64,000 bases of DNA, taken from assembly GCA_938029215.1 (NCBI GenBank), contig CALHFG010000015.1, forward strand, positions 14,393-78,392, written 5' to 3'. This document shows, piece by piece, positions 27,003 through 35,986 of the stretch. Made by a program: the position numbers and the translations under genes. The DNA is from an uncultured Acidimicrobiales bacterium (GTDB lineage Bacteria > Actinomycetota > Acidimicrobiia > Acidimicrobiales > SZUA-35). Positions within the stretch are counted from its first letter, which is position 1. Each line of letters opens with the position of its first letter. The notes under the pieces are model-generated. The model was not told the DNA's origin. It was given only the letters and a program-made list of their open reading frames with translations, and searched no databases.

Positions 27003-29828
27003 ATGTCTCCGCTCGAACCATTGCGCGCTGCACTTCGCAACGAGGGATACCTGGGCGAGGTTTTCGACGATGCTGGAAGCCGCGCTGTATATGGCACCGA
27101 CAACTCGATTTATCAGCTGCGCCCGCAAGGTGCTGTGGTTCCGACATCAGCGTCTGACCTGGTCGCAATTGCGAAGACCAACCATGAGCTGGGAGGTCGA
27201 TTCGAGCTTGTTGCCCGCGGTGGCGGAACGGGCACCAACGGCCAGAGCCTCACCAACGGACTCGTAATCGACACCAAACGAAAGATGAACAACATCCTTT
27301 CGATCGATGCCGACGCGGGAGTGGCCGTCGTCCAACCCGGGGTCGTTTTGGGCCAACTGAACGCCGCGTTGAAGGGTCACGGACTCTTCTTCGCGCCCCA
27401 CACCTCGACGTCTTCCCGGGCAACGATCGGTGGCGTTGCGTCCACCGACGCTGCTGGAAAAGGGTCGCTGGTGTACGGCAGAGCGAACAAGCACATCCTC
27501 GGGATTGAGGGAGTCCTGGTAGATGGAACGCCCTGGTCTTTCGGCAAGGTTTCCATCGATGAAGCCGCACGGCTCGCAGCTCGCACCGATCGAGTCGGGG
27601 ATCTTCATCGGCTCGTCCTCGAGGCGACCAATGGTGTTACGGCGGCCGATTTTCCCGACGTTCCGAGAGGGTTTACCGGCTACAACCTTGGCGACGCGAG
27701 GTCGGCCGCTGAGATCGACATGACGAAGCTTTTATGTGGGTCCGAGGGAACACTCGCATTGATGAGCGAACTGACGGTTCGCCTTACGCCCCTGCCAAGG
27801 GACGTGCGCCTGGCTGTCATCGCGTTCGCAACGTTCGAGGAAGCCATCCGGCAGTCAAACATTCTCAAAGCATCTGGCCCGATTGCAATTGAGTGCCTCG
27901 ACGAGCGCACCATCGGTTTGGCAACCGGCTCGCCGGCGTGGCCCAAGCTTCAGGCCCTGCTCCCGAAAGTTCGAGGTTCGCTCCTGTTGATGGAGTTCGA
28001 CGGCGACAGGCCGGTCGCGGAGTTGCGCGATCTTGTTGCCGATCATGGAACAGCCGTGGATATGGCGATCACGAACGATCCGGGCTCGATCGCCGCGGTC
28101 TGGAAGGTCCGTGCGGACGCGGTGGGGCTTCTGGGGCAGGCGGTCGATGGTCGACGCTCGGTTCCGTTCGTCGAGGACTGTGCCGTGCCGCCACAGCACC
28201 TCGACGAGTTCGTCGCGGGATTCCGAGAGGTCCTCGATGGTCACGGACTGAGCTATGGAATGTTTGGCCATGCCGATGTCGGATGTGTCCATGTGCGCCC
28301 AGCGCTCGATCTTTACGATGTCGAACACGAAGCGATGGTGCGTAGCGTTTCCGATAGTGTCGCCGCGCTGGTGTCGCGGTTCGGTGGGGTTTTGTGGGGT
28401 GAACATGGTCGGGGTTTCCGAGGCGAATACCTCGATCTGAGTGACGATTTGGTCCGCCGGATGGAACTTGTGAAGACGGCCTTCGACCCGCAGAACTTGC
28501 TGAATCCAGGCAAGCTCTACTCGCCCAACGAAGTCTCTGCGCCGATCAAGAAAATCGACGAAGTTCCACTTCGGATACATCGCGACCGCACTGTTGCAAA
28601 GGCGACGAGGGTTCAGTTCGACAGCGCCTTCGCTTGTAACGGCAATGGGCTTTGCCATCATTGGGGTGAGGCAGAGGTGATGTGTCCGTCCTATAAGGCG
28701 ACGCTCGACCCACGGTTGTCGCCGAAGGGTCGGGCGGACCTTCTTCGCAGTTGGACGGCTGACCCGGACAACGATGATCTTGCTGCCGACGTTGCAGCCT
28801 CGCTGAATCAGTGCTTGTCGTGCAGTGCCTGCACCGGTCGCTGTCCCGTTCAGGTTGACATCCCGGAGATGAAGTCTCGGTTCTATTCAGCTCGGCCCGA
28901 GACCGATCGCACCCGCACGCTTCGGCAACGGGTACTCCGCAGCTTCGAGTCGCTCGCACCGGCCGTTCAAGCGATCGCCGGGCCAGTCGCAATCGGACAA
29001 AGGTTGTCCGCTCCGGTGATGGCCAAACTGCTCGGAATTGTGGACCTTCCCCATGTTCCCACTGGCACGCTCAGCGCACGCCTGAAGCGGCTTGGGGTTC
29101 CTCGGTTGGGGCTCGGTGACCCACTGTCGGGCGCCACGGTGATCATCGTCCCAGATGCGTTCACCTGCGTCATCGATCCATCGGTCATGGAGGCAGCGAT
29201 CAAGCTTCTGCGCGCGGCAGGGGAACGCCCTGCGATGGGTCCCTTCGTGCCATCCGGCAAATACGACCATGTAAAAGGTGACCGAAAGAGGTTTGCCCGG
29301 GCGGTCAAAAAGCAGCGGGAAATGGTTGAAAAGCTCAGCAGGCACCAGGTCCCATTGGTGATTCTCGAACCAGCGGTATTCATGCTTCACGAGCACGAGT
29401 TTCCTGCGATCGATCCCACCTTCCCATCTACGGCGGTGACCGCTTTCAGCACGTTGCTTGATGGGCTCCTCGACCAGTTGCCCCAAGGGGTGGGCCATGG
29501 TGAGCTGCAACTGTTTGGCCATTGCACCGAAACAAGCCTTCGTCCCGAACACTCGGCTCAATATGGTCGGTTGCTCTCAAAGAGCGGCTTTACCGTGACT
29601 GCTGAAGCCACAACGTGTTGCGGAATGGCCGGGATCTTCGGTCACGAGGCTGAAAACCAAGAGATGTCGGTCAGTTTGTTTGAGACGTATTGGCGACCGT
29701 TAATGCAGAAGCCAGGTCCCGTAGAGCGCTGCGCTCCCGGCTACAGCTGCCGATCACAATCAAAGCGTCTCGATGGAGCGCCTTTGTCGCATCCGTACGT
29801 CGTTGCGGCACGGGCCATGGGGCTCTGA
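27003..29828 (+). CDS. FAD-binding (PCMH) oxidase fused to 4Fe-4S and CCG domains (YdiJ-like 2-hydroxyacid dehydrogenase)
   Basis: There is an N-terminal FAD_binding_4/FAD-oxidase_C region ([11 protein letters not shown]...). It is followed by Cys clusters [18 protein letters not shown] and [12 protein letters not shown], and a C-terminal TCCGMAG (CCG) motif. The likely start is ATG 27003, divergent from the HOT gene. Confidence 0.8.
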   Translation: MSPLEPLRAALRNEGYLGEVFDDAGSRAVYGTDNSIYQLRPQGAVVPTSASDLVAIAKTNHELGGRFELVARGGGTGTNGQSLTNGLVIDTKRKMNNILSIDADAGVAVVQPGVVLGQLNAALKGHGLFFAPHTSTSSRATIGGVASTDAAGKGSLVYGRANKHILGIEGVLVDGTPWSFGKVSIDEAARLAARTDRVGDLHRLVLEATNGVTAADFPDVPRGFTGYNLGDARSAAEIDMTKLLCGSEGTLALMSELTVRLTPLPRDVRLAVIAFATFEEAIRQSNILKASGPIAIECLDERTIGLATGSPAWPKLQALLPKVRGSLLLMEFDGDRPVAELRDLVADHGTAVDMAITNDPGSIAAVWKVRADAVGLLGQAVDGRRSVPFVEDCAVPPQHLDEFVAGFREVLDGHGLSYGMFGHADVGCVHVRPALDLYDVEHEAMVRSVSDSVAALVSRFGGVLWGEHGRGFRGEYLDLSDDLVRRMELVKTAFDPQNLLNPGKLYSPNEVSAPIKKIDEVPLRIHRDRTVAKATRVQFDSAFACNGNGLCHHWGEAEVMCPSYKATLDPRLSPKGRADLLRSWTADPDNDDLAADVAASLNQCLSCSACTGRCPVQVDIPEMKSRFYSARPETDRTRTLRQRVLRSFESLAPAVQAIAGPVAIGQRLSAPVMAKLLGIVDLPHVPTGTLSARLKRLGVPRLGLGDPLSGATVIIVPDAFTCVIDPSVMEAAIKLLRAAGERPAMGPFVPSGKYDHVKGDRKRFARAVKKQREMVEKLSRHQVPLVILEPAVFMLHEHEFPAIDPTFPSTAVTAFSTLLDGLLDQLPQGVGHGELQLFGHCTETSLRPEHSAQYGRLLSKSGFTVTAEATTCCGMAGIFGHEAENQEMSVSLFETYWRPLMQKPGPVERCAPGYSCRSQSKRLDGAPLSHPYVVAARAMGL

Positions 29829-29944
29829 CGCGTCTTCCTCGACGCGTACCTCGCGACACTTCCTCGACGCGAAGGCGCCGAACTCAAGCTGCACGGTGCT
29901 GTGGTCGCTCTCGGGTGTGGGGCGGTCCGACTAGGATCGCGGGC

Positions 29945-30916
29945 GTGGTGATCTGGGCGACAATTGTGGGACTCGGAGCGGTTTTGCTCTTGGTGCTCGC
30001 CTACGGATTGATGGCGGAGCGACAGCATCGTCGTAGGCGTCGCAGCCTTCGCCATATCGCCCGGCCACCGGCACCCGACATCGCCTACCGGGCCGTGGTG
30101 AACGCTCGGTCGGCTTTCACCCGGTCGGTTCAAGCCTACGAAGAAGCTCTAGCATCTACCAGCGCATCGGCTGGCTCATCCTCGGTGCTCTCCGGCGATC
30201 TGACCTCCAGCGACGCAGACCTTGAGACGATGGAGCGACGGAAGGATCAGCGACGAACTCGACTGCTAGAAGCGCAACGGATCTGGGAAGAAGTACGACC
30301 CGCGTCCGAGCCAGCTTCCCCGGTCCCGGTTTGGATCGGCGCCGGCGAATTGCGAGGTTGGTCGTTGGGGCTCATCGGCCACGAGGCCACGTTCCTCCGA
30401 TTCGAACACGCGCTCGATCCCACATGTTGGGTCGTGTTGGAGACCCGCAGATTCCGGTTCGGTCCTGCCATCGGTGCGGAACGACTGCGGCTGGGCGTCG
30501 TTGTTGAGGGAGCCGACATCACGCAGCTGACCGACCTGCTTCAAGTAGCCATGGGAAGCCCCGAGGTGGCACTGCGACCGGGGACCTCGGTCGTCCGGGC
30601 GTTCACGGCCAGGCGGGTGGGCGGAGCGAGCTTATTCTCGGCCCTTCGAGGCGCAGCTGATTCGAGTAGCCGACTCTACGTCAATGGGTTCGACCAAGAC
30701 GTGCGGCAACAGAGCCTCGCGTACCTGAGCGGTATCCACGGCCTCGATCTCGATCAGACGAACGCCGGTCTCGCCGGATTTGATCGCATCAGATTACGTA
30801 TCACCAGTTCGGGCCCGGCGTTGTTGGTAGGCGTTTGGTTCGGCCGTCGGCCGTCGGCGAGGATCATGGCCGGCTCCAATCATCAAGCCTGGTTGCGCTC
30901 CAACCGTCAGGGTTGA
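29945..30916 (+). CDS. hypothetical membrane-anchored protein
   Basis: GTG 29945 gives VVIWATIVGLGAVLLLVLAYGL (a TM helix), followed by an RRRRR stop-transfer signal. The remaining ~290 aa have no motif I recognise. Confidence 0.45.
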   Translation: MVIWATIVGLGAVLLLVLAYGLMAERQHRRRRRSLRHIARPPAPDIAYRAVVNARSAFTRSVQAYEEALASTSASAGSSSVLSGDLTSSDADLETMERRKDQRRTRLLEAQRIWEEVRPASEPASPVPVWIGAGELRGWSLGLIGHEATFLRFEHALDPTCWVVLETRRFRFGPAIGAERLRLGVVVEGADITQLTDLLQVAMGSPEVALRPGTSVVRAFTARRVGGASLFSALRGAADSSSRLYVNGFDQDVRQQSLAYLSGIHGLDLDQTNAGLAGFDRIRLRITSSGPALLVGVWFGRRPSARIMAGSNHQAWLRSNRQG

Positions 30917-30942
30917 GCTCTGTCGGTAGACGTTGGGAATCT

Positions 30943-33372
30943 CTACCCCACCGGCATCCACGCCACGATGAGATCCTCGATGCTGATGTCGGACTTCTCC
31001 AGGGCAACTTCTAGTTCGGTGATCGCCTCGGCCTTTTCGGTCCATTCGTCTTCCAGATCCATCAAGCTGTCGGCGAGCTTGGCCTCCAGTTCCTCCAGGT
31101 CGTTGTACTTCTCGTCGAGTCGATTCATCGCGGTCTCCACACGATTCTGAGCTGACGCGGCCTGGCGTCTGCCCGATCCCATTCGACGAGCTGCGGTCCC
31201 CAACGACCGACCACGACTACGCCCGCCAAGCAGACCCCCGAGAATGGAGGTCCCAACGTTGATGAGCTGCTGGTGCTTGCGGCCTTCGGCGTCGGACTCT
31301 GCTTGGCGAACTCGATCTTCTGCCTTCGCAATTTGGTCTTGAATCCGACCCAGCTGCGTGGTCAGTTTGTCGCGAAGTTTGTTAGCCGCTTCGTCGTTGC
31401 CCTCGTCGGCAACCGCCCGACAGCGAAGTTCGAACGCATCTCGGGTTTCGTTTGGTCGCCCGTACAGTTTCAGCTCGGTGTTCTGAAGCAGGGTGATTGA
31501 TTCCTCGGCGTACAGGGCTTTCTTGATGCCGGTCTCCACCGATTTCAGCGCCGTCTTTGTGAGATTGAACTCGGGCACTACGTACTTGATTTGATCGGGG
31601 ACTTCGGTGACGAAGTCTCGGTCGTCAAAGTCGACCTCGGTCAACGAGTCGACGTCGAAGCCATCGACTCCCGCCGGAACGATCGCTTCCCATTCTTCGG
31701 TGTGGCGAAGCTTCGACTTTGTGTCGTCAAAGAGCAGGGAGACACGAGCCGCGATGACGGGCGCGTATCTCTGGCTGCCTGGTTTGCCGCCCACCGTTTC
31801 GATCCAGGGGGCAGCCGCGGGTACGTAACGTACGCGGGTGCCCTCGGGCACCTTGGGCGCCACGGTGGATTCATCATCGGCCAGCGCCGGAGCGCCCGAA
31901 CCGACCGTGTTGCCATCGTCGGTTGGGGTGGGCGCAGCTGCGGCAAGCGACGATGCTGCAGATAGTTCGGCGTTCTTCGAGGCCATGAGCTCGGTAACTT
32001 GCTGTCGCGACATCGGTCCCGCCAGGTAGCTCATCGCCCATCGGGTAGTGAACAACGGGAGCTCGGAGTTACGGGTGGTGCGCAGGATGAACTGACGCTT
32101 TCCGAGCCCGCTAATCTGGCGCTCGAGTTGAGCCATATCGATGGAGCCATCGGCCGCCCGCAAGCCATCAACCAGTCGGTTCTTGTCCTGTTCGGTCTGC
32201 AACCGCCCGATCATCCAGGTTCCAGCGTTCGAGATGGCCTTGTAGTCGAGGTCGACCGGGTTCTGTGTAGACAGGACCAGGCCGACGCCAAATGCTCGCG
32301 CCTGCTTCAGAAGGGTCAGTATCGGCTTCTTGGTAGAGGGGTTTCCCGTTGGGGGAGCGAGTCCCATGACTTCGTCGATGTAGATGAGGCATCGGAGTTG
32401 GCCGGTTCCAGATTGTGAGCGCATCCAAGAAATCACCCGACTGAGGAGAACCGTGATAGCGAACTGGCGCTCGTTCTCATCGAGGTGACGCAGAGACACC
32501 ACCGCGGCTCGTGGTTTGCCGTCGGCATCCCACAACATTGACTGTGGGTCCATAGGAGCGCCCGTCGCCCACGCGGCAAAGCTGGGAGATGCCAAGAGCC
32601 CGTTCAGCTTCATGACCAGAGCCTGGCGATCCTTGGCCGGGAAGAACGTGTCGAGGTCGAGGACGCCGAGCTTGCGGATCGGAGGATCTAGCAACTGGCC
32701 CAACAATGTGGGCATATCGAGCGGCGTGCCAGCATCCCAGGACCGAGCGATCAGGTTTGCCAGAAGAATGTGTTCACGGCCCGAAAGTGGGTCCGACTCG
32801 ACGCCGATGAGGCCCAGGAGCCCGCTTACGGTCGAGTCGACTTCATCCTGTCGGGCTGCGGGATCGTCGGTGGCGGGCGGGTCGAGTCGGCCGAGAACGT
32901 CGAGCGGAACTCCCGAGGACGCGCCGGGCGTGTAGATGACGGGATCTGCGGCCTCTTTGAGGTTCGCGATGCTCCCGCCGTCGAGCCCCCACCCGGCGAG
33001 CCCGTTCTTCCACAGGTCTGCGGTTGAGGAGGCTAGCTCCGCAGTGGTCGTGTCTTTGACTCGAGCGTCACCTTCATCCATCCACGGTTCGAACGACGCA
33101 GCATCGAGATTGGGAAAGGTCAGCGCCAGGTTTCCGAGGTCGCCTTTGGGGTCGATCGCGAGCACCGGCACCCCCGACAGCAGCGCTTCTTCGAGAAGCA
33201 CGATTCCAAGACCGGTTTTACCGGACCCGGTCATGCCGACGATGACCCCGTGGGTCGTAAAGTCGGCGCTGTCGAGCAGGACGGGGACGCCATTTCGGTC
33301 GCCACTTTCCGGCTCAACCTGCTCTCCAACGTGAAGTTCTCCTGCTTTCTTGGAAGTCGCCATAGAGAACAT
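30943..33372 (-). CDS. HerA/FtsK-superfamily P-loop ATPase (DUF87/DUF853-like) with C-terminal coiled coil
   Basis: Walker A is GMTGSGKTGLG, followed by AIDPKGDLGNL. The Walker B-like block is LIYIDEVMGL, followed by LVLSTQNPVDLDYKAISNAGTWMIGRL. The C-terminal ~200 aa are heptad-like, with an RG-rich insert GGLLGGRSRGRSLGTAARRMGSGRR. Confidence 0.7.
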   Translation of the reverse strand: MFSMATSKKAGELHVGEQVEPESGDRNGVPVLLDSADFTTHGVIVGMTGSGKTGLGIVLLEEALLSGVPVLAIDPKGDLGNLALTFPNLDAASFEPWMDEGDARVKDTTTAELASSTADLWKNGLAGWGLDGGSIANLKEAADPVIYTPGASSGVPLDVLGRLDPPATDDPAARQDEVDSTVSGLLGLIGVESDPLSGREHILLANLIARSWDAGTPLDMPTLLGQLLDPPIRKLGVLDLDTFFPAKDRQALVMKLNGLLASPSFAAWATGAPMDPQSMLWDADGKPRAAVVSLRHLDENERQFAITVLLSRVISWMRSQSGTGQLRCLIYIDEVMGLAPPTGNPSTKKPILTLLKQARAFGVGLVLSTQNPVDLDYKAISNAGTWMIGRLQTEQDKNRLVDGLRAADGSIDMAQLERQISGLGKRQFILRTTRNSELPLFTTRWAMSYLAGPMSRQQVTELMASKNAELSAASSLAAAAPTPTDDGNTVGSGAPALADDESTVAPKVPEGTRVRYVPAAAPWIETVGGKPGSQRYAPVIAARVSLLFDDTKSKLRHTEEWEAIVPAGVDGFDVDSLTEVDFDDRDFVTEVPDQIKYVVPEFNLTKTALKSVETGIKKALYAEESITLLQNTELKLYGRPNETRDAFELRCRAVADEGNDEAANKLRDKLTTQLGRIQDQIAKAEDRVRQAESDAEGRKHQQLINVGTSILGGLLGGRSRGRSLGTAARRMGSGRRQAASAQNRVETAMNRLDEKYNDLEELEAKLADSLMDLEDEWTEKAEAITELEVALEKSDISIEDLIVAWMPVG

Positions 33373-33456
33373 TCTGATACGTCAACGGGTCACTTCACCG
33401 AAAACCGCCCAAAAATCCGGCATGATGGAGGTTGATCCAACGAAAGGACTATTGCT

Positions 33457-33717
33457 ATGGGGATCTTTGATAAAGCTAAGGACGCGCTCAGCGGCGTCAC
33501 CGACAAGGCCGAAGACTTGCGCGAAAGCGTTGGCGGCATCGTCGAGGACGGCATCGATAAGGCTGCCGACATGGCCAACTCTGCCACCGGAGGCAAGTTC
33601 GAGGATCAAATCGACAAGGTCAAGGACCTTGCCGACAAGATCGACGGTCAGGTCGACGGTGCTGCCGATGCTGCAGCAGACGCGGTGACTGACGCCGTAG
33701 AGGACGCCACCGAGTAA
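33457..33717 (+). CDS. small acidic CsbD/MT0933-like protein
   Basis: The 86-aa sequence MGIFDKAKDALSGVTDKAEDL...GGKFEDQIDKVKDLADKIDG resembles the MT0933-like antitoxin / CsbD-like stress-protein pattern. Confidence 0.6.
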   Translation: MGIFDKAKDALSGVTDKAEDLRESVGGIVEDGIDKAADMANSATGGKFEDQIDKVKDLADKIDGQVDGAADAAADAVTDAVEDATE

Positions 33718-33748
33718 TTCTCACGCAGACATCGTCTGCGACTTGTTC

Positions 33749-33785
33749 AAACAGCGTGGGCCTTGGCCCGCGCTGTTTGCGTTTT
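33749..33785. terminator. bidirectional intrinsic terminator
   Basis: The stem AAACAGCGTGGGCC/GGCCCGCGCTGTTT is nearly perfect, has a 2-nt loop and is followed by GCGTTTT. It lies between convergent genes ending at 33717 and 33812. A second hairpin (CGCAGAC-atc-GTCTGCG) is at 33724..33740. Confidence 0.65.
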
Positions 33786-33811
33786 GATCGGTCCTTCACC
33801 GAAGGAGGTGG

Positions 33812-34537
33812 TCAGTTCTCGTCGCGCAAGGAAAGCTGGGCGAGAAGTGCGTAGTCGCCATCGTCGATAGTACTTTCGACCCGGGACTTGAAGTCCTCTT
33901 CGCCGATCTGGGATGCCGCGAACACCTCGGCAAAGTCGCCCGCGCCGGTCTCGAAGTCCGGACTGCCGCTCGTGGGCCACCATGGCGTGTCAGCGGGAAC
34001 TCCACGTTCGGCCAACCATGCCCGGCGTTCGTCGGGCGTGTTGAGGGTTACGTCGATTGCGTGGCCGATTTCGTGCGCAAGGACCCGAGCGATCCGCTCA
34101 ATGTCGTCGCTCTCTCGAACGAAAACTTCCATCCGTTGCTCCGCGCTCCAGGTGTAACCCGAAGCTCTACCTCGAGGTTCAAGGAAGGCAATCGACCAGC
34201 CCTGCAGTTCGGACCGCCACGGATAGCGGATCTCGGCGAGCGCGGGTTCGGCGAGCGCGGCGATCCGCTCGTTCTCGTAGGTCACTCCGGCGACAGACTC
34301 GCTGCTGATTTCCAGCGCCAGCGGGTCGACCGGTGCAGTCGGAACCTCAGATGAGTCACCACCGGTCAGTGCCACAAAAGAAAGGGCTGCCCCAAGGACA
34401 ACCGCCGACGCTGACAGCATTGACGAGAAGGTCACCGCAGCCGAATTCACCCGCTGACGCCGGCTGAGTGAGCGTTCGTCTTCAGCGGTCCAGACCGAGT
34501 CTGTTGTGGAGGAAGGTGCGGCAGTCATGGTCAGCAA
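33812..34537 (-). CDS. membrane-anchored putative zinc metallopeptidase (HEXXH)
   Basis: One TM helix (AAVTFSSMLSASAVVLGAALSFVAL) is followed by an extracytoplasmic domain containing VLAHEIGHAID. The start is TTG 34537 or ATG 34528. Confidence 0.5.
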   Translation of the reverse strand: MLTMTAAPSSTTDSVWTAEDERSLSRRQRVNSAAVTFSSMLSASAVVLGAALSFVALTGGDSSEVPTAPVDPLALEISSESVAGVTYENERIAALAEPALAEIRYPWRSELQGWSIAFLEPRGRASGYTWSAEQRMEVFVRESDDIERIARVLAHEIGHAIDVTLNTPDERRAWLAERGVPADTPWWPTSGSPDFETGAGDFAEVFAASQIGEEDFKSRVESTIDDGDYALLAQLSLRDEN

Positions 34538-34790
34538 TTGGGGAGGTTCCCGTGAATCGACATGCTTTGGTCCGACCTTGAGTTGGAAGGCATACCCACC
34601 TATGCCGCCGTGGTCCGAGGCGTGGCGCGCTAGGTCGTTCGACCTGGAAACCGTCTAGAACCGGTTGGAAGTCGACCTGGAAACTGCCAGGAAGCAAAGC
34701 GACCGGGAGCTGCTGAGAGACTGCAGTAGACTGAGAACTAGCTGGCGAGGCGACCTCTTCCCTTTCCGCACCTTTCGCTTGGAGTATCCG

Positions 34791-34970
34791 ATGAACGATG
34801 TAGTTGAGCCCGCAGAAGTAGCAGAAGCAGTGGCCATGATCGACGCTGGCCTCGGTGGTCTGACGTCGCGCAGGCTTGTGTCTTCCGACGAGGTGACCGA
34901 CTTGTTGCTCGATGTGCGCGCCCTCCTCAGCACACCCCCAGCACCCAAGCTCGATCCAGTCGACGCCTAG
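34791..34970 (+). CDS. small acidic hypothetical protein (59 aa)
   Basis: An ATG ORF (MNDVVEPAEVAEAVAMIDAGLGGLTSRRLVSSDEVTDLLLDVRALL...). I recognise no family. Confidence 0.3.
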   Translation: MNDVVEPAEVAEAVAMIDAGLGGLTSRRLVSSDEVTDLLLDVRALLSTPPAPKLDPVDA

Positions 34971-35047
34971 AGGAACGCGGGATGAGGTGACCCCGGGATC
35001 GCCTCTGTACGCTCGGTAGCTCAACAGTTACCGAGGAGTATCAAAAA

Positions 35048-35950
35048 ATGGCTGATCTGGGTTTTGATGGCAAGGTTGCGATCGTCACCGGCGGCGGCGG
35101 CGGGCTAGGCCGTGAGCACGCGCTTGAGTTTGCCCGGCGTGGCGCCCGTGTCGTGGTGAACGACTTGGGTGGTGCGGTAGACGGAACCGGCGGCTCGGTG
35201 AGTGCCGCCCAGGCGGTCGTCCAAGAAATCGAAGCGCTCGGCGGCGAGGCCGTTGCCAACGGCGACTCTGTGGCATCGATTGCGGGCGGAGAAGCCATTG
35301 TTCAAAGCGCAATCGATGCGTTTGGCCAGGTCGACATCGTGGTGAACAACGCGGGCATCCTCCGCGACAAGTCGTTCCACAACATGACTGATGAGCAGAT
35401 CACTTCGGTTATCGATGTTCACCTCAAGGGCGCCCTGTACGTGACCCTGCCTGCGTGGAAGCTATTCCGCGAGCAGAACAGCGGTGTGGTCATCAACACC
35501 TCGTCCAACTCTGGTCTCCTTGGCAACTTCGGCCAGGCGAACTACGGCGCAGCCAAGATGGGCCTGGTCGGATTCACACGAGTGCTTGCGGCCGAGGGTG
35601 CCAAGCGCGGCATTCGCGCCAATGCCATAGCCCCGGTTGCACTCACCCGGATGACCGAAGACCTCCTCGGTTCCATGGCCGAGCAGCTCGAGCCCAAGCG
35701 CATCACGCCACTGGTCATGTACCTGGCTCACGAAAGCTGCCCCGCAAACGGGCAGGTCTATTCCGCAGCCGGTGGCACGATCGCCAAGTTCTTCGTGGGA
35801 CTCACGCAGGGAACCTCTCGTGGGGGAGAGATCACCGCAGAAACCGTGCGCGACGACTGGGACGAGATCAACAACGAAGATGGCTATATCGTGCCGCAGA
35901 ACCCCGCCGAGGAGTTCGCGAAGCTTCTCTCCAACTGGGGCGTGGGCTGA
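35048..35950 (+). CDS. SDR oxidoreductase, MFE-2/3-hydroxyacyl-CoA dehydrogenase type
   Basis: The motifs are FDGKVAIVTGGGGGLGREHALEFARRGARVVVNDLGG, NNAGILRD and YGAAK. Confidence 0.8.
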   Translation: MADLGFDGKVAIVTGGGGGLGREHALEFARRGARVVVNDLGGAVDGTGGSVSAAQAVVQEIEALGGEAVANGDSVASIAGGEAIVQSAIDAFGQVDIVVNNAGILRDKSFHNMTDEQITSVIDVHLKGALYVTLPAWKLFREQNSGVVINTSSNSGLLGNFGQANYGAAKMGLVGFTRVLAAEGAKRGIRANAIAPVALTRMTEDLLGSMAEQLEPKRITPLVMYLAHESCPANGQVYSAAGGTIAKFFVGLTQGTSRGGEITAETVRDDWDEINNEDGYIVPQNPAEEFAKLLSNWGVG

Positions 35951-35986
35951 GTCCGTCGCGCCCTTTGCTCGCCTCTGGGCGACCGC

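Noticed and set aside
33457-33717. Toxin-antitoxin module (MT0933-like antitoxin)
   Set aside because: No candidate toxin gene is adjacent or co-oriented. The protein is followed directly by a strong terminator. A stand-alone CsbD-like stress protein is more likely.
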